Notes under the pieces: model-generated | The model's input: the letters and a program-made list of their open reading frames with translations, nothing else | Databases searched by the model: none | Told to the model about the DNA's origin: nothing | Shown: in pieces, positions 9,661 through 19,720 of the stretch | Numbering within the stretch: position 1 is the first letter of the stretch | Layout of the letters: every line of letters starts with the position of its first letter | Position numbers and translations under genes: made by a program | NCBI GenBank assembly: GCA_014730115.1 | Contig: WJIU01000045.1 | Span: 14,085-78,084 of the forward strand | Source: Candidatus Micrarchaeota archaeon | Lineage (GTDB): Archaea; Micrarchaeota; Micrarchaeia; Anstonellales; Bilamarchaeaceae | Direction: 5' to 3' | DNA length: 64,000 nt

Positions 9661-10236
9661 CTAATAAATATACCATCCTTTCCCGGGGCAGGAAAGGTCG
9701 ATTGTCCATTCATTGCCCTTGCTGGTCCTGACTGTGAACATGCTCCCGTGTATTTCAGCCTTCTCAATTCCCTCTGAAGCCGGCTTCATCATCTCCAGCT
9801 CATAGGAATTTGCAGGGAAAAAAGCCCCGTCAATGCTCCCAAGCATTCCCCTGCCGGCCATAATCTTTTCAATTCCCAGGGTTACAACTGCCACTTCAGA
9901 AGACAGTATCACAGTAAAGCTCTCGGAGCAGAGCAGCCGGGATTTCCCCTCTACCGTTATATCCAGCAGAACCGACTGCTCTGTTCCGTTCGCAGAGCAG
10001 CTGAGTGTGTTGTTTGAAAGAGTGCAGCGGGGTTTTTTCCGGGTTTCGGCCTGCCTGGCAAAAAAAAGGTTTTGGCGTGCAAAACTTCCGGGAGGGTGGT
10101 ACCCTTTGTTTTTTGCAGAGAAATGCCCCGCAGAGCAGCTGACCATCAGGAACATGGCAAAGGCTGAAACTGCCTTGCTCCCCGCATGCCTTGTGCGCTG
10201 AAGGATAGATTTTTTGCTGTGGAAAGCCTGCCTCAT
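9661..10236 (-). CDS. hypothetical secreted/lipoprotein-like protein
   Basis: Hydrophobic N-terminus ending in a Cys (AFAMFLMVSCSAG), followed by a beta-rich body. Confidence 0.45.
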   Translation of the reverse strand: MRQAFHSKKSILQRTRHAGSKAVSAFAMFLMVSCSAGHFSAKNKGYHPPGSFARQNLFFARQAETRKKPRCTLSNNTLSCSANGTEQSVLLDITVEGKSRLLCSESFTVILSSEVAVVTLGIEKIMAGRGMLGSIDGAFFPANSYELEMMKPASEGIEKAEIHGSMFTVRTSKGNEWTIDLSCPGKGWYIY

Positions 10237-10316
10237 TTGACCACTATATTAATTAATTTACAACATTTTAAAAAGGTAACAAATACAATAAAAACTCTTT
10301 CAGGGAAAGAAGCAGT

Positions 10317-11927
10317 ATGGCTTTGACAGAAGAAGAAAAGAAACTGGTCGCTCCTTTTATGACCAATGTGGACAAACCGGTCTTTGTTCTTACCAATCTT
10401 CCCGAAGTGGTGAAAGGCGCCCTTTTTTCAAGGTACAGCAGAACACCCAAGAGCCTCAGGGAGGTGCTCCTCAGGGAATTCATGCAGTCAGAAGAGCTTA
10501 ATCTCCGGGAAATGCTTGCATCTGTACCAAAAGCAGGTCCTGAGGGGATAAAAACCGGCAAGGCAGAAAAGTTCTATGAGAGGGTGCTGGTAGGCTATGG
10601 TGATGATTCAGTGGCAGAGCTCGCCGGAGCACACATTGCGCTGGAAGGAATCTCAATACTTGCAACCAAGGCAATAGAGGATGCAAGGATAGGGCTTTCC
10701 CCCCTGGAAAAATCTACACGTTACGTGTATTTTGACCAGAAGAGAGAGGACGGGATATGGCCCTACCACCGGGACGAAATGCTTATGAATTCTGATTTTG
10801 CAGACCTTTACGTCGAGACATGCGACATGTGCTTCGACAAGTATTCAGAACTGGTGCCGGCGGTATCCGCCTTTGTGAAGGAAAAGGAGCCCCAGGGAGA
10901 GGACGTAAGCGAAAGGGCGTATGAATCAACAGTCAGGGCAAAAACCTGTGATATACTGAGGGGCATGCTCCCGGCCTCCACCCTCACCAACATGGGACTT
11001 TTCGGCAACGGCAGGGCATTTGAATACCTTCTAACCAGGATGTACGCGGATGACCTTCTGGAGATGAACACACTTGCCCGGAGCATGCAGGAGGAGCTCT
11101 CCAAGGTAATACCGTCTTTTGTCAAAAGGGCAGACAACAAATACGGCCTTTCCATGCAGGCTTATTTCAAGAGAGTAAGGGCCGCAATGGACAGCCTGGT
11201 GGAGGAATACCGGAAGCCAGGCGGAAAAGAGGAAGTAAAGCTGGTGAAGTACGATGCTGCGGCAGAAACCAAGATTATCACTGCGGCCCTTTACCCCTAT
11301 CTCTCCAAGCCCATGGGTGAGATAGCCAGGATTGTGGAGGAGATGACTGACGAGGAAAAGCAGGCAGTCATAGCCGCATACACCAACAAAAGGGAGAACC
11401 GGAGGCACAAGCCGGGCCGGGCATTTGAGCATGCGTATTATACATTCGATATCTGCGCCAATTTCGGGGCCTACCGGGACATGCACAGGCACAGGATGCT
11501 TACCCAGCAGAGACAGCTTTTGAGCACCCACCATGGCTACATGCTGCCAGGGGAGATAGTGGAGGCCGGCCTGGAAGATGCCTTCAGCGATGCCATGGAG
11601 CAGGCGAGAAATGCCTATGGCCAGATTTCAAAAAAATACGAAACACATGCCCAGTATGTGGTTCCGCTGGCATTCAATATAAGGTGGTACATGTCCTTCA
11701 ATCTGAGGGAGGCATACCATATGCTCGAACTCCGGACCTCCATGCAGGGCCATCCCGATTACCGGAGGATTGCCCAGGAGATGTTCAAACAGATAAAGGA
11801 GGTCCACCCGAAACTTGCCGAAGGGATGGAATTCGTGGACCTTGAAGAATACCGTCTCAGCAGGCTGGAAGCAGAGAAAAAGATTGACAACAAAATGAAA
11901 GAGATAGCGAAGAAGTATGAACTCTAG
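10317..11927 (+). CDS. thyX: FAD-dependent thymidylate synthase ThyX, double-length form
   Basis: FSRYSRTP near the N-terminus and a ThyX-type HRHRMLTQQRQ motif in the C-terminal half. 536 aa, about twice the canonical ThyX size. Confidence 0.8.
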   Translation: MALTEEEKKLVAPFMTNVDKPVFVLTNLPEVVKGALFSRYSRTPKSLREVLLREFMQSEELNLREMLASVPKAGPEGIKTGKAEKFYERVLVGYGDDSVAELAGAHIALEGISILATKAIEDARIGLSPLEKSTRYVYFDQKREDGIWPYHRDEMLMNSDFADLYVETCDMCFDKYSELVPAVSAFVKEKEPQGEDVSERAYESTVRAKTCDILRGMLPASTLTNMGLFGNGRAFEYLLTRMYADDLLEMNTLARSMQEELSKVIPSFVKRADNKYGLSMQAYFKRVRAAMDSLVEEYRKPGGKEEVKLVKYDAAAETKIITAALYPYLSKPMGEIARIVEEMTDEEKQAVIAAYTNKRENRRHKPGRAFEHAYYTFDICANFGAYRDMHRHRMLTQQRQLLSTHHGYMLPGEIVEAGLEDAFSDAMEQARNAYGQISKKYETHAQYVVPLAFNIRWYMSFNLREAYHMLELRTSMQGHPDYRRIAQEMFKQIKEVHPKLAEGMEFVDLEEYRLSRLEAEKKIDNKMKEIAKKYEL

Positions 11928-12819
11928 GATTTACGTCACCGGTGCCAGCGGCCGGCTTGGCCGGGCAGTGCTTGAAAGGATGGATGCAACTGCAGTTGTA
12001 AGGAAAAAAAGCGGCATTGAAGGCGAAACAGTCACCGATTTTTCAGGGGAGAGCCTCAAAAAGATTTTCAGGGACGCAAAAACAGTAATCCATCTTGCAG
12101 GTTCCAGGGATTTTCTGGATAAAAAGAAATCCATGGAAGGCAATGTGGAGCTTACCCGGAGGGTCGTTTCAGCTCTCCCCCCCGGAGCCCGGATTGTATT
12201 CTCCAGCTCAATTTCTGTCTACGGAAAGAGGCTGGCGGATATCCCCGCCGATGAAGAAACGCCTGTCAGCCCAGACACGCCGTATGCAGAGTCAAAGCTC
12301 CGGGCAGAGAGGATAGTGAAATCCCATCCCAACCATGTGATTCTGAGGATTGGGCCTGTCTACGGCCCCGGATTCAAGGAATATTTCAAGGTATTGAGGC
12401 TGATAGACAAAGGAAAAATGTCACTAATGGGCGACGGCCAGAACCACATTCCTTTTGTGCACGTCTCTGATGTAGTTGATGCCATTGAAAGCGCAGTTGA
12501 AAAGGGAAACGGGGTTTATGTGATAGTGGGGGAATGTCTTCCCCAGGCCGAGGTGTACCGGATTGCATCGGAAAAACTGGGGGCCGGTTTCCCGGAAAGA
12601 AGAATGCCGGTCTGCCTGGCCAGGGTTTTTGCAAACCTGGAGCTTCTCAGGACAAGCCTGCTGGGCGGAAATCCTCTATTCATCCCGGAGGACATCGCGG
12701 TTCTTTCCAGCGACCGGGTTTTCAACTGCAGCAAAGCCCGAAAAGAGCTTGGATTTTCCCCCCGGCCACTGGAGCGGGGGATTGGGGAAATGGTTGCCGA
12801 ATATAAGAAGGCTATATAA
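11917..12819 (+). CDS. NAD-dependent epimerase/dehydratase (extended SDR)
   Basis: VTGASGRLGRAV Rossmann motif and YAESK (YxxxK). Overlaps the thyX end by 11 nt. Confidence 0.85.
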   Translation: MNSRIYVTGASGRLGRAVLERMDATAVVRKKSGIEGETVTDFSGESLKKIFRDAKTVIHLAGSRDFLDKKKSMEGNVELTRRVVSALPPGARIVFSSSISVYGKRLADIPADEETPVSPDTPYAESKLRAERIVKSHPNHVILRIGPVYGPGFKEYFKVLRLIDKGKMSLMGDGQNHIPFVHVSDVVDAIESAVEKGNGVYVIVGECLPQAEVYRIASEKLGAGFPERRMPVCLARVFANLELLRTSLLGGNPLFIPEDIAVLSSDRVFNCSKARKELGFSPRPLERGIGEMVAEYKKAI

Positions 12820-12841
12820 AAGTTTAGTGCGAGGGAAAATT

Positions 12842-13555
12842 ATGAGGAGGTTTATCTTTGCTCTGCTTCTGATGTCTCTGGCTGTGCATGCCGGAATCGC
12901 CCAGAGTTATGAGCAGACCGTGAAACGCGATGGCAGTTCAGTGATTGTCAAGAGTATGGACATCAACCTGTTTGCCGCGGAGCTCGGAGAAAATGCTCTT
13001 GAGGGGGTCAGTGTAATATGCAACGAAAGCCAGGCATATACCTGCAGCGTTGAGGGTGACAGAATCTCAATGTCCGAGAGTTTTTCGGCAGGTCCCTATT
13101 ACAGTTTCAAAACAGAATACGGCGTTTTCAACATAGATTACACGCTGGTTGTAAGCAAAGTGCCTACTGACCGGTTCAGCCGGACCCTGGACCAGCTGCT
13201 GGATGAGGCAGACATCCTGGAATCCGAAGGGGAATCATCAGAAGTGCTGGACCTTCTTGACAGTGAAACCAACAGCGAGGCAGTAGGATATCTCAGAAGA
13301 TTTGATTCCAGCCTAAGTTACAGGATAATCATGCCCGCGCCGATAACCGAAGCCCATGCAGGAAACGTTACCCCCGGATTCAATGGAAACACAGTGCAGT
13401 TTGACCTTGTGGATGTGATGGCTGAATCCAAGGCAATGACAGTTAAAAGCAGTGAGCTGAACATGGCCAACATGATAATAATCGGTGCCATACTCGTGCT
13501 GGGTGCACTGGCGTTGTCATTCTTCAAGGAAAGGCCCAAGAAGAAAGGCAAATAA
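12842..13555 (+). CDS. secreted protein with C-terminal membrane anchor
   Basis: Signal-like MRRFIFALLLMSLAVHAG. C-terminal TM IIIGAILVLGALALSFF followed by KERPKKKGK. Confidence 0.6.
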   Translation: MRRFIFALLLMSLAVHAGIAQSYEQTVKRDGSSVIVKSMDINLFAAELGENALEGVSVICNESQAYTCSVEGDRISMSESFSAGPYYSFKTEYGVFNIDYTLVVSKVPTDRFSRTLDQLLDEADILESEGESSEVLDLLDSETNSEAVGYLRRFDSSLSYRIIMPAPITEAHAGNVTPGFNGNTVQFDLVDVMAESKAMTVKSSELNMANMIIIGAILVLGALALSFFKERPKKKGK

Positions 13556-13616
13556 CTTTAAAAAGCAGGATTGACAACATTATTTGCAAGGGTTTAGTTG
13601 TAAAAGAGGTTTTCAG

Positions 13617-14657
13617 ATGAGTGGTATTGTTGGTTATGGCTCTTACGTCCCCCTTTACAGAATAAAAACTGAAGAGATTGCAAAGGTATGGGGAGAGGAT
13701 TCCCAAAGGATAGAAAAGGGCCTGGGCATAATTGAAAAGGCAGTGGGCGGAGTAGATGAAGATTCTGCCACCATTTCGGTGGAGGCTGCAAGAAATGCAC
13801 TTGCCAGGGCCGGTGTGGACCCCAAGAGGATAGGGGCTCTCTATGTTGGGAGCGAATCCCACCCTTATGCAGTGAAGCCCACCGGCACAATAGTTGCGGA
13901 GGCAATAAATGCCACTCCTGAGCTTACCTGTGCAGATTTGGAATTTGCGTGCAAGGCGGGAACCGCCGGGCTCCAGATTGTGCTTTCCATGGTTGACTCC
14001 GGAGATATCCAGTATGGCATGGCAATAGGGGCAGACACCGCCCAGGGAAGGCCCGGGGACCCCCTGGAGTATTCAGCAGCATCCGGAGGGGCAGCATTTC
14101 TCACCGGGCCGGAAGAGGAATCAGTGGCAGTGGTTGATGCCACCTGCTCGCATACCACAGATACCCCTGACTTCTGGAGAAGGCAGCACGCGGAATACCC
14201 CTCCCATGGCGGCAGGTTCACAGGAAAGCCGGCTTATTTCAATCATGTTCTAAGCTCCACCCAGATGCTAATGAAAAAGACTGGCACCAAAACAGAGGAC
14301 TACAGCCACATAGTATTCCACCAGCCCAACGGAAGGTTCCCCAGGGAAGCTGCAAAGAAACTGGGCGCGACAACGGAGCAGCTGGAAACCGGACTGCTCA
14401 CTCCAATCATAGGAAACACATACTCGGGCGCCTCCATGCTTGGCCTTTCCGCAGTTCTGGACAAGGCAAAGCCAGGAGAGAGAATCCTGGTTACTTCTTA
14501 CGGCTCGGGTGCGGGAAGCGATTCATTTGCACTTACCGTAACAGAAAAGATAGATGAGGTCAGAAACAAAGCGCCGCTTACCAGGGAATACATAGAAAAG
14601 AAGAAATACATAGACTATTCAACATACGTAAAATACAGAAAAAAGCTGAAAACCTAG
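13617..14657 (+). CDS. hydroxymethylglutaryl-CoA synthase (archaeal type)
   Basis: [11 protein letters not shown] (catalytic Cys region), FHQPNGRFP and GNTYSGAS. Starts [12 protein letters not shown]. Confidence 0.88.
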   Translation: MSGIVGYGSYVPLYRIKTEEIAKVWGEDSQRIEKGLGIIEKAVGGVDEDSATISVEAARNALARAGVDPKRIGALYVGSESHPYAVKPTGTIVAEAINATPELTCADLEFACKAGTAGLQIVLSMVDSGDIQYGMAIGADTAQGRPGDPLEYSAASGGAAFLTGPEEESVAVVDATCSHTTDTPDFWRRQHAEYPSHGGRFTGKPAYFNHVLSSTQMLMKKTGTKTEDYSHIVFHQPNGRFPREAAKKLGATTEQLETGLLTPIIGNTYSGASMLGLSAVLDKAKPGERILVTSYGSGAGSDSFALTVTEKIDEVRNKAPLTREYIEKKKYIDYSTYVKYRKKLKT

Positions 14658-16174
14658 CCGCCCGGCATGTTTCTTATCTGATAGGTTTTTCCTTCCCCGA
14701 GGAAATCAAAAAAGTCCCTTGCCACCATTCCGAAATAGCGGAGGTTCACAGTATTGCTGTAATGCCGTGCAATGCCCCTAAGCTCGTCAGGGATCTCGCA
14801 TCTCTCGCTGTAGACGGTCATTGCCTCCTTTCTTTTTACCGCGAACACCCGGCCGTACATCTTCACCGCCTTTTTCCTGAGCATGTATACGAGGTCAGAC
14901 GATGTGGGCCTCCGCCCGTATCTTGAAATCAGTTCCTCAGGAACCTCAATGACCGTGGCTCCGCTGCAGAGGCTGTCTCCCCCCAGCACATAGCCTCCGT
15001 TCCTGAAATCACGCAGAAAGGGCAGGGTCTTGTGCTCGTCAGTTTCAAAATGAGTGAAAAGGTTGTACCGGTCATGAAGCTCCCGGGAAAGGGAATAATT
15101 TGACTGGTTGACCCAAAGCCTTTTGTTGCCGATATGCTTTTTGTTCAGATGGCGGAGAAACATCTTGAGCTCCCTGTTTTCAACCGGCACTTCTTTGGCC
15201 GTGGTGCAAAGGCTTGCATTCCACATTGCAACTGAATCAAAATTCCTGGCAATATCATGAGCCTCCCGGAGCTCCAGTGCTCCGGTCTCAACAGCAGTGT
15301 AGAGGCCCACCATCGGAATAGGCAGGGAGGGGGAATTGAAATTTACCGGATGGGCAATCCCCAGGGCAGCCAGGTTCGCTTCCCTGAACCTATACAGAAC
15401 GTCCAGAATTTCAAACATTGACATTCCAGAGAAATAGGCGGGCATTTCCAGTCTCCTTCCCCTGTCGATGATGGCTCTTTTTACCTGCCTGGCCACATTG
15501 CTGTTCCGCATCCATACCAGAAAATGTGGGCCGTTGGGCTCCCTTAGCGGGGCAGTAAACTCAATGCCCGGTACCGGGCTGAAACCAAGAAAGCGTCCTG
15601 CCCATGACATGAAACTGAATGCCTTTGCTGAAAAGCTGTTGTGGGATGTCAGGGAATGGAAATCAATTTGATAAAACAGCGCCTTCCTGATATTGTCGGT
15701 CAATGCGGAGACGCCATCATCATGGTCCACCATTCCCGGCCTGATTCTCTCCCCACTGGACGAAAAGTATGGCATGCTGAAACGGCCATAATGGGAATGG
15801 GAAACAAAATGAAATGAACTGGTCGGCTTTTTTCTGCTGTCTTCGGCAATCCGGTTTACTGCATCGGAAATTTCCTGGTCTGACGCATCCTTCCCCAGCC
15901 TTGCCTTGACCAGAAAATCCTTTCTTTTCAGCCAAAGCCCCTCCGGGTCGGGGTTGAAGTAATCAAGGGTAAGGGAGCCGTCTTTTTCCTTGACTGCAAA
16001 TATACAAAAATTGGAGCTCCGGCCATCAAGCCCCCTGTTAAAAATCAGTTCATATTCAGGCGAGAGCACCCTCCCCAGGGGCTTTTCCTGAATCACATCA
16101 TGCCTCGCCAAAGGAAAGCCTGCGCCACTCATCTTTTTTGCAAGCTTTTTCTGTACGCGGGTCAGCCCAGGCAT
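14654..16174 (-). CDS. hypothetical 506-aa protein, downstream partner of the Ser/Thr kinase
   Basis: Long uninterrupted ORF 38 nt downstream of the kinase on the same strand. His-rich patch [12 protein letters not shown] and MVDHDDG. No family recognised. Confidence 0.7.
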   Translation of the reverse strand: MPGLTRVQKKLAKKMSGAGFPLARHDVIQEKPLGRVLSPEYELIFNRGLDGRSSNFCIFAVKEKDGSLTLDYFNPDPEGLWLKRKDFLVKARLGKDASDQEISDAVNRIAEDSRKKPTSSFHFVSHSHYGRFSMPYFSSSGERIRPGMVDHDDGVSALTDNIRKALFYQIDFHSLTSHNSFSAKAFSFMSWAGRFLGFSPVPGIEFTAPLREPNGPHFLVWMRNSNVARQVKRAIIDRGRRLEMPAYFSGMSMFEILDVLYRFREANLAALGIAHPVNFNSPSLPIPMVGLYTAVETGALELREAHDIARNFDSVAMWNASLCTTAKEVPVENRELKMFLRHLNKKHIGNKRLWVNQSNYSLSRELHDRYNLFTHFETDEHKTLPFLRDFRNGGYVLGGDSLCSGATVIEVPEELISRYGRRPTSSDLVYMLRKKAVKMYGRVFAVKRKEAMTVYSERCEIPDELRGIARHYSNTVNLRYFGMVARDFFDFLGEGKTYQIRNMPGG

Positions 16175-16212
16175 AGAATAATTGTGTTTAAAAGTGTTTA
16201 AAAATAAACGTT

Positions 16213-17166
16213 TTATGCAGTTTTAAGGGAGGCGGCCATCTCACCCATTGACTGGAACCGCTCCTCCGGCTTTCTTCCCAGAGCCTTCATGATTATTTCA
16301 TCTGCAATCCGGGGGATGTCCAGCTTCTGCTTTAGTTTACTGGGACTCAGAGGGCTGGTGTGCACCCTCATCTGAAGCTTTGCAATCTCATTGTGGGCAA
16401 CAAAAGGAAGCGTGCCGCAGACCATTTCATAAAGAATTACCCCTACCGAATAAATGTCCGCCCGGTGGTCGAAGGGCCTCCCGGAGGCTTCTTCCGGAGA
16501 GGCATAATTGATTGTTCCGAGGAAGTAGCCCCTGGTCAGTTTGCCCGGCTCTTCTTCTTCAAGAAACTTGAATTCTGATATGTCAAAGTCAATAAGCTTG
16601 ACTGTTCCACCGTTGGTCACAATTATATTCGCAGGCTTCACGTCCTTGTGGACTATCCCGTTTTTGTGAAGCTCCTCCAGCCCTGCACACACCTGGACAA
16701 TGGTTTCCTTTGCCTCTTCCCATTTACAGGGCAGGCATTCAGTGAAAAGGTCGCTGAGGTCGCGCCCCTCCAGGTAATCCATTACTATGTACACAACCCC
16801 GTCGGAGCGGCCGGAATCCCGGATATTGACAATATTTTCATGGTTTATCCCGGATAGGATATCGGCCTCATTCAGGATGCGCTCAATCTTTTTCCTGCCG
16901 CCCATGGAATTTTCAGTATACAGCTTTACTGCCACCTTCTCGTTTCTTTCTTTGTCCAGTGACCCGTAAACCACACCCATGCCGCCTTTTCCCCTTACCG
17001 GCCCAAGGGTGTACCTGTTGCAAAGCGTCTTTCCGGTGTAATCGCCCGGAAGACCATGGAATTTTCTAAAGTCTCTGGCTCTGTCCAGAAGGGTTGTCCT
17101 GGATGAAAATGGCTTTCCAAGGAATTCTGCAGTTGGCAGTTTTACGGTGGTAGTCTGTGACAACAT
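16213..17166 (-). CDS. Hanks-type Ser/Thr protein kinase
   Basis: G-loop GKGGMGVVY, VAVKL, catalytic loop HKDVKPANI, DFD (DFG-like) and SPEE (APE). Confidence 0.9.
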   Translation of the reverse strand: MLSQTTTVKLPTAEFLGKPFSSRTTLLDRARDFRKFHGLPGDYTGKTLCNRYTLGPVRGKGGMGVVYGSLDKERNEKVAVKLYTENSMGGRKKIERILNEADILSGINHENIVNIRDSGRSDGVVYIVMDYLEGRDLSDLFTECLPCKWEEAKETIVQVCAGLEELHKNGIVHKDVKPANIIVTNGGTVKLIDFDISEFKFLEEEEPGKLTRGYFLGTINYASPEEASGRPFDHRADIYSVGVILYEMVCGTLPFVAHNEIAKLQMRVHTSPLSPSKLKQKLDIPRIADEIIMKALGRKPEERFQSMGEMAASLKTA

Positions 17167-17238
17167 ATATTAATTAGGACAATTTCTGTTTTTAAATGTT
17201 GTGTTTAAAGGTGAAAAACCATGTTGATTGGTTTTTCC

Positions 17239-17253
17239 AAAACAAATAGAAAA
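17239..17253 (-). terminator. T-rich tract directly 3' of tRNA-Ile
   Basis: The minus strand reads TTTTCTATTTGTTTT immediately after the discriminator base. Archaeal terminators are oligo-T tracts. Confidence 0.5.
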
Positions 17254-17489
17254 TGGGCCTGCGGAGATAAATCCAGCCATGACGAGTTTACCTCGGAGCT
17301 TTCCCAAGGTCTGCCCCTGGAAGGACTGTCAAAAGGCTTTTGAACTCCGGACCTACGGCTTTCCTAGGCCAGCCAGTCCGTAAGGACTGTGCTAGAACGT
17401 GTCATATAAGACCGTCGCTCTAACCATTTCAGGCCCTGCCTGATAAAATCTTGAACAAATCAGTTCAAGGCTGACTGAGCTACAGGCCC
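17254..17489 (-). tRNA. tRNA-Ile(UAU) interrupted by three introns (D-loop, 37/38, T-loop)
   Basis: Hand-folded from the reverse complement. Acceptor GGGCCTG/CAGGCCC plus A73. D-stem GCTC/GAGC. Anticodon stem ACGGT/GCCGT with loop CTTATA|A. Variable AGGTC. T-stem CGGAG/CTCCG with loop TTCAAA|T. Inserted blocks are about 46 nt (17427-17472), 44 nt (17361-17404) and 71 nt (17268-17338). Mature length is 75 nt. Junctions are uncertain by 1-2 nt. Confidence 0.75.
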
Positions 17490-17507
17490 ATCTGGGAAGA
17501 ATTACCG

Positions 17508-17523
17508 ATAAATGTTTTTTAAA
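17508..17523. promoter_or_regulatory. shared AT-rich TATA-like element between tRNA-Ile (minus) and folD (plus)
   Basis: ATAAATGTTTTTTAAA lies 19-34 nt from the tRNA 5' end and 24-39 nt from the folD ATG. Confidence 0.45.
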
Positions 17524-17546
17524 CCCTTACTCGACAACAAAAGTCC

Positions 17547-18374
17547 ATGTACAATGTTTTATCCGGCAAAGAGCCGGCCAACGCGGCTCTTGAAAAGGCG
17601 CAGAAAAAGGTTGCCGAAATGGAAAAAAAGCCGGGCCTTGCCATAGTCCTGGTCGGAAGCGACCCTGCTTCTGAGATTTATGTGAAAAAGAAGCTGGAAA
17701 AGGCAGAGAGGATTGGCATAAAGACCCGGCTGGAAAAGCTGGGTGCTGATGCCTCTGAAGAGCAGGTTCTGAAGCTTGTGGAGGAACTGAACAACGACAG
17801 GGAGGTGGATGGCTACATTGTACAGGCGCCGCTCCCCCCGCAGATAGACTATTCCAGGGTACTGCAGCGCATCTCTCCGGAAAAGGATGTGGATGGGTGG
17901 ACACCGGCAAGCATGGGAAAACTGGTCAGCGGGGTAAAATCCTTTCGTCCGGCTACCCCGCTGGGCGTTATCAGAATCCTGGAGCATTACGGGGTTGAAA
18001 CCCGGGGAAAGGACGCAACAGTCATAGGAAGGAGCAATGTGGTGGGCAAGCCCCTTGCCCTAATGCTTCTGGAGAAGAACGCAACGGTTACAGTATGCCA
18101 CTCCAGGACGCAAGACCTCTCCGAACACACCAGGAATGCTGACATCCTGATAGCTGCGGTCGGAAAACCGGGCCTGGTTACTGCAGATATGGTGAAGAAA
18201 GGGGCTTATGTAATAGACGTAGGCACCACAAGGGTTGAAGGAAAGCTGAAGGGGGATGTCGATTTTGAGAATGTGATAAAAAAAGCGCACTGCAGCCCTG
18301 TGCCCGGTGGAGTCGGACCGATGACAGTGGCAATGCTCATCAGCAACTTGGTGGATGCAGCACCCTCAGGATGA
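17547..18374 (+). CDS. folD: bifunctional methylenetetrahydrofolate dehydrogenase/cyclohydrolase
   Basis: GRSNVVGKPLALML and PVPGGVGPMT motifs. 275 aa. Confidence 0.9.
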   Translation: MYNVLSGKEPANAALEKAQKKVAEMEKKPGLAIVLVGSDPASEIYVKKKLEKAERIGIKTRLEKLGADASEEQVLKLVEELNNDREVDGYIVQAPLPPQIDYSRVLQRISPEKDVDGWTPASMGKLVSGVKSFRPATPLGVIRILEHYGVETRGKDATVIGRSNVVGKPLALMLLEKNATVTVCHSRTQDLSEHTRNADILIAAVGKPGLVTADMVKKGAYVIDVGTTRVEGKLKGDVDFENVIKKAHCSPVPGGVGPMTVAMLISNLVDAAPSG

Positions 18375-19130
18375 GCCCGGATACCGGCGGTTTATCTCTT
18401 CAGAATGTTTCAGGAGAATCTTGTGAACTCCTGAGCCGTACTGCATGGCCTTTTTCTTCCGTTTTACCGCAATGCTGGGGACATTAAGAATCTTTGCTGC
18501 TTCCCTGAGCATCCCCTTTTTCAGAAGCCGCTCTTCCATCCTGTCCTCAACCGGCACAGAGAACACCATGTCTGCGATATTCCTGTCATAAAGGGGGAAC
18601 CTTGCCTCAATGTTGAATTTCCGGCAGATTTTTTTTATCCAGGCAATTTCCCTTTTGCAGAGGGTCCTGAATTCCTCCTTCAGTATTGAATCCAGGTTTT
18701 TGCCTTCATCATGATACCTGTAGTAGCGGTCATAGCCAACAAAAAGCTCTTCTGCCCCTGCCCCGAACAACATCACGCTGTGGCCGCTTTCCGCAGCAGC
18801 CTCGGCAGTGCAGTAAACAGGAACCAGTATTTCCAGCTTGAGAAATTCCAGGGGAAGGAAAGAGTAGATTTCCTGGTAAGATGACAATGCCTTGTCCTTT
18901 TCCAGCAGGACCCTTCTCCAGGGAAGGCCAAGGGTCTCTGCAACCTTTTCCGCGTATTCCAGGTCCTGGCTTTTTTCACAGCCGCAGGAAAAAAGCTCCA
19001 CATCCGCATTTTTTCCTGCAACCGTGGCTATGGTTGTTGAGTCCAGGCCGCCGGAAAAAGAGACTGCAACCCGGTCTTCAAGGCTTTGTTCAACAGACTG
19101 CCTGATGAGTGAGGATAATTCCAGAATCAT
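18366..19130 (-). CDS. PP-loop ATP pyrophosphatase, asparagine synthase C-terminal-domain-like
   Basis: SFSGGLDST PP-loop. 254 aa with no glutaminase domain. Confidence 0.75.
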   Translation of the reverse strand: MILELSSLIRQSVEQSLEDRVAVSFSGGLDSTTIATVAGKNADVELFSCGCEKSQDLEYAEKVAETLGLPWRRVLLEKDKALSSYQEIYSFLPLEFLKLEILVPVYCTAEAAAESGHSVMLFGAGAEELFVGYDRYYRYHDEGKNLDSILKEEFRTLCKREIAWIKKICRKFNIEARFPLYDRNIADMVFSVPVEDRMEERLLKKGMLREAAKILNVPSIAVKRKKKAMQYGSGVHKILLKHSEEINRRYPGSS

Positions 19131-19198
19131 AGGATTGCTATTTCGGTAGAAAACAATTTAAAAACAAACTCAGCAAATTCGTTTCGCCAACTAATTTA

Positions 19199-19309
19199 GG
19201 GCCCGTAGCTCAGCTTGGATAGAGCGACGCTCTCCTATTGCGTCCCGGAGGACAGGCTCCGGAAACAGCGGACAGGCGAAGGTCAAGGGTTCAAATCCCT
19301 TCGGGCCCG
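19199..19309 (+). tRNA. tRNA-Arg(CCU) with a 36-nt intron at the canonical 37/38 position
   Basis: Acceptor GGGCCCG/CGGGCCC plus G73. D-arm GCTC-AGCTTGGATA-GAGC. Anticodon stem ACGCT/GGCGA (one A-A mismatch, one G-U) with loop CTCCTA|A. AGGTC. T-arm AAGGG-TTCAAAT-CCCTT. Intron 19238-19273 contains the hairpin CCGGAG..CTCCGG. Confidence 0.78.
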
Positions 19310-19720
19310 CTACTTTTTCTTTTTACTGGTTTTTTTCTTGGGCTTGACATCAATATGGACTTCGGGCACTTCCGGCCATTCCTTTTTCTGGAACTCTTCT
19401 TCCATAGAAGGCCTTTCATGCTTTTTCCAGTCGTGCCCCCCGTTTCCCCAGTTCTTGAAGAATCCTGCTATGAATCCAAGCATTGCTCCGATTGCCACCA
19501 GGTCCGGGGACTCTATCCCAAACACTGAAGCAAAGCCTGTCCTGACCACATCACCGAGCACAGGGGTATGTGCCACTATCCAGCCTGTTATCGCCCCAAT
19601 AAGGGCACCGAGCACTGCAAATAGGAATATTCCAATAATTCCGAGGAGAAGCACTACAATGCCAACGGCTACCCCTCCCACAATCGTTCCTGCAATTTTC
19701 TGGGGATTCATGAAAAACAC
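19310..19720 (-). CDS. small membrane protein with Lys-rich C-terminal tail
   Basis: Gly/Ile-rich TM segments (GTIVGGVAVGIVVLLLGIIGIFLFAVLGALIGAITGW). Ends KPKKKTSKKKK. Confidence 0.6.
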   Translation of the reverse strand: MFFMNPQKIAGTIVGGVAVGIVVLLLGIIGIFLFAVLGALIGAITGWIVAHTPVLGDVVRTGFASVFGIESPDLVAIGAMLGFIAGFFKNWGNGGHDWKKHERPSMEEEFQKKEWPEVPEVHIDVKPKKKTSKKKK

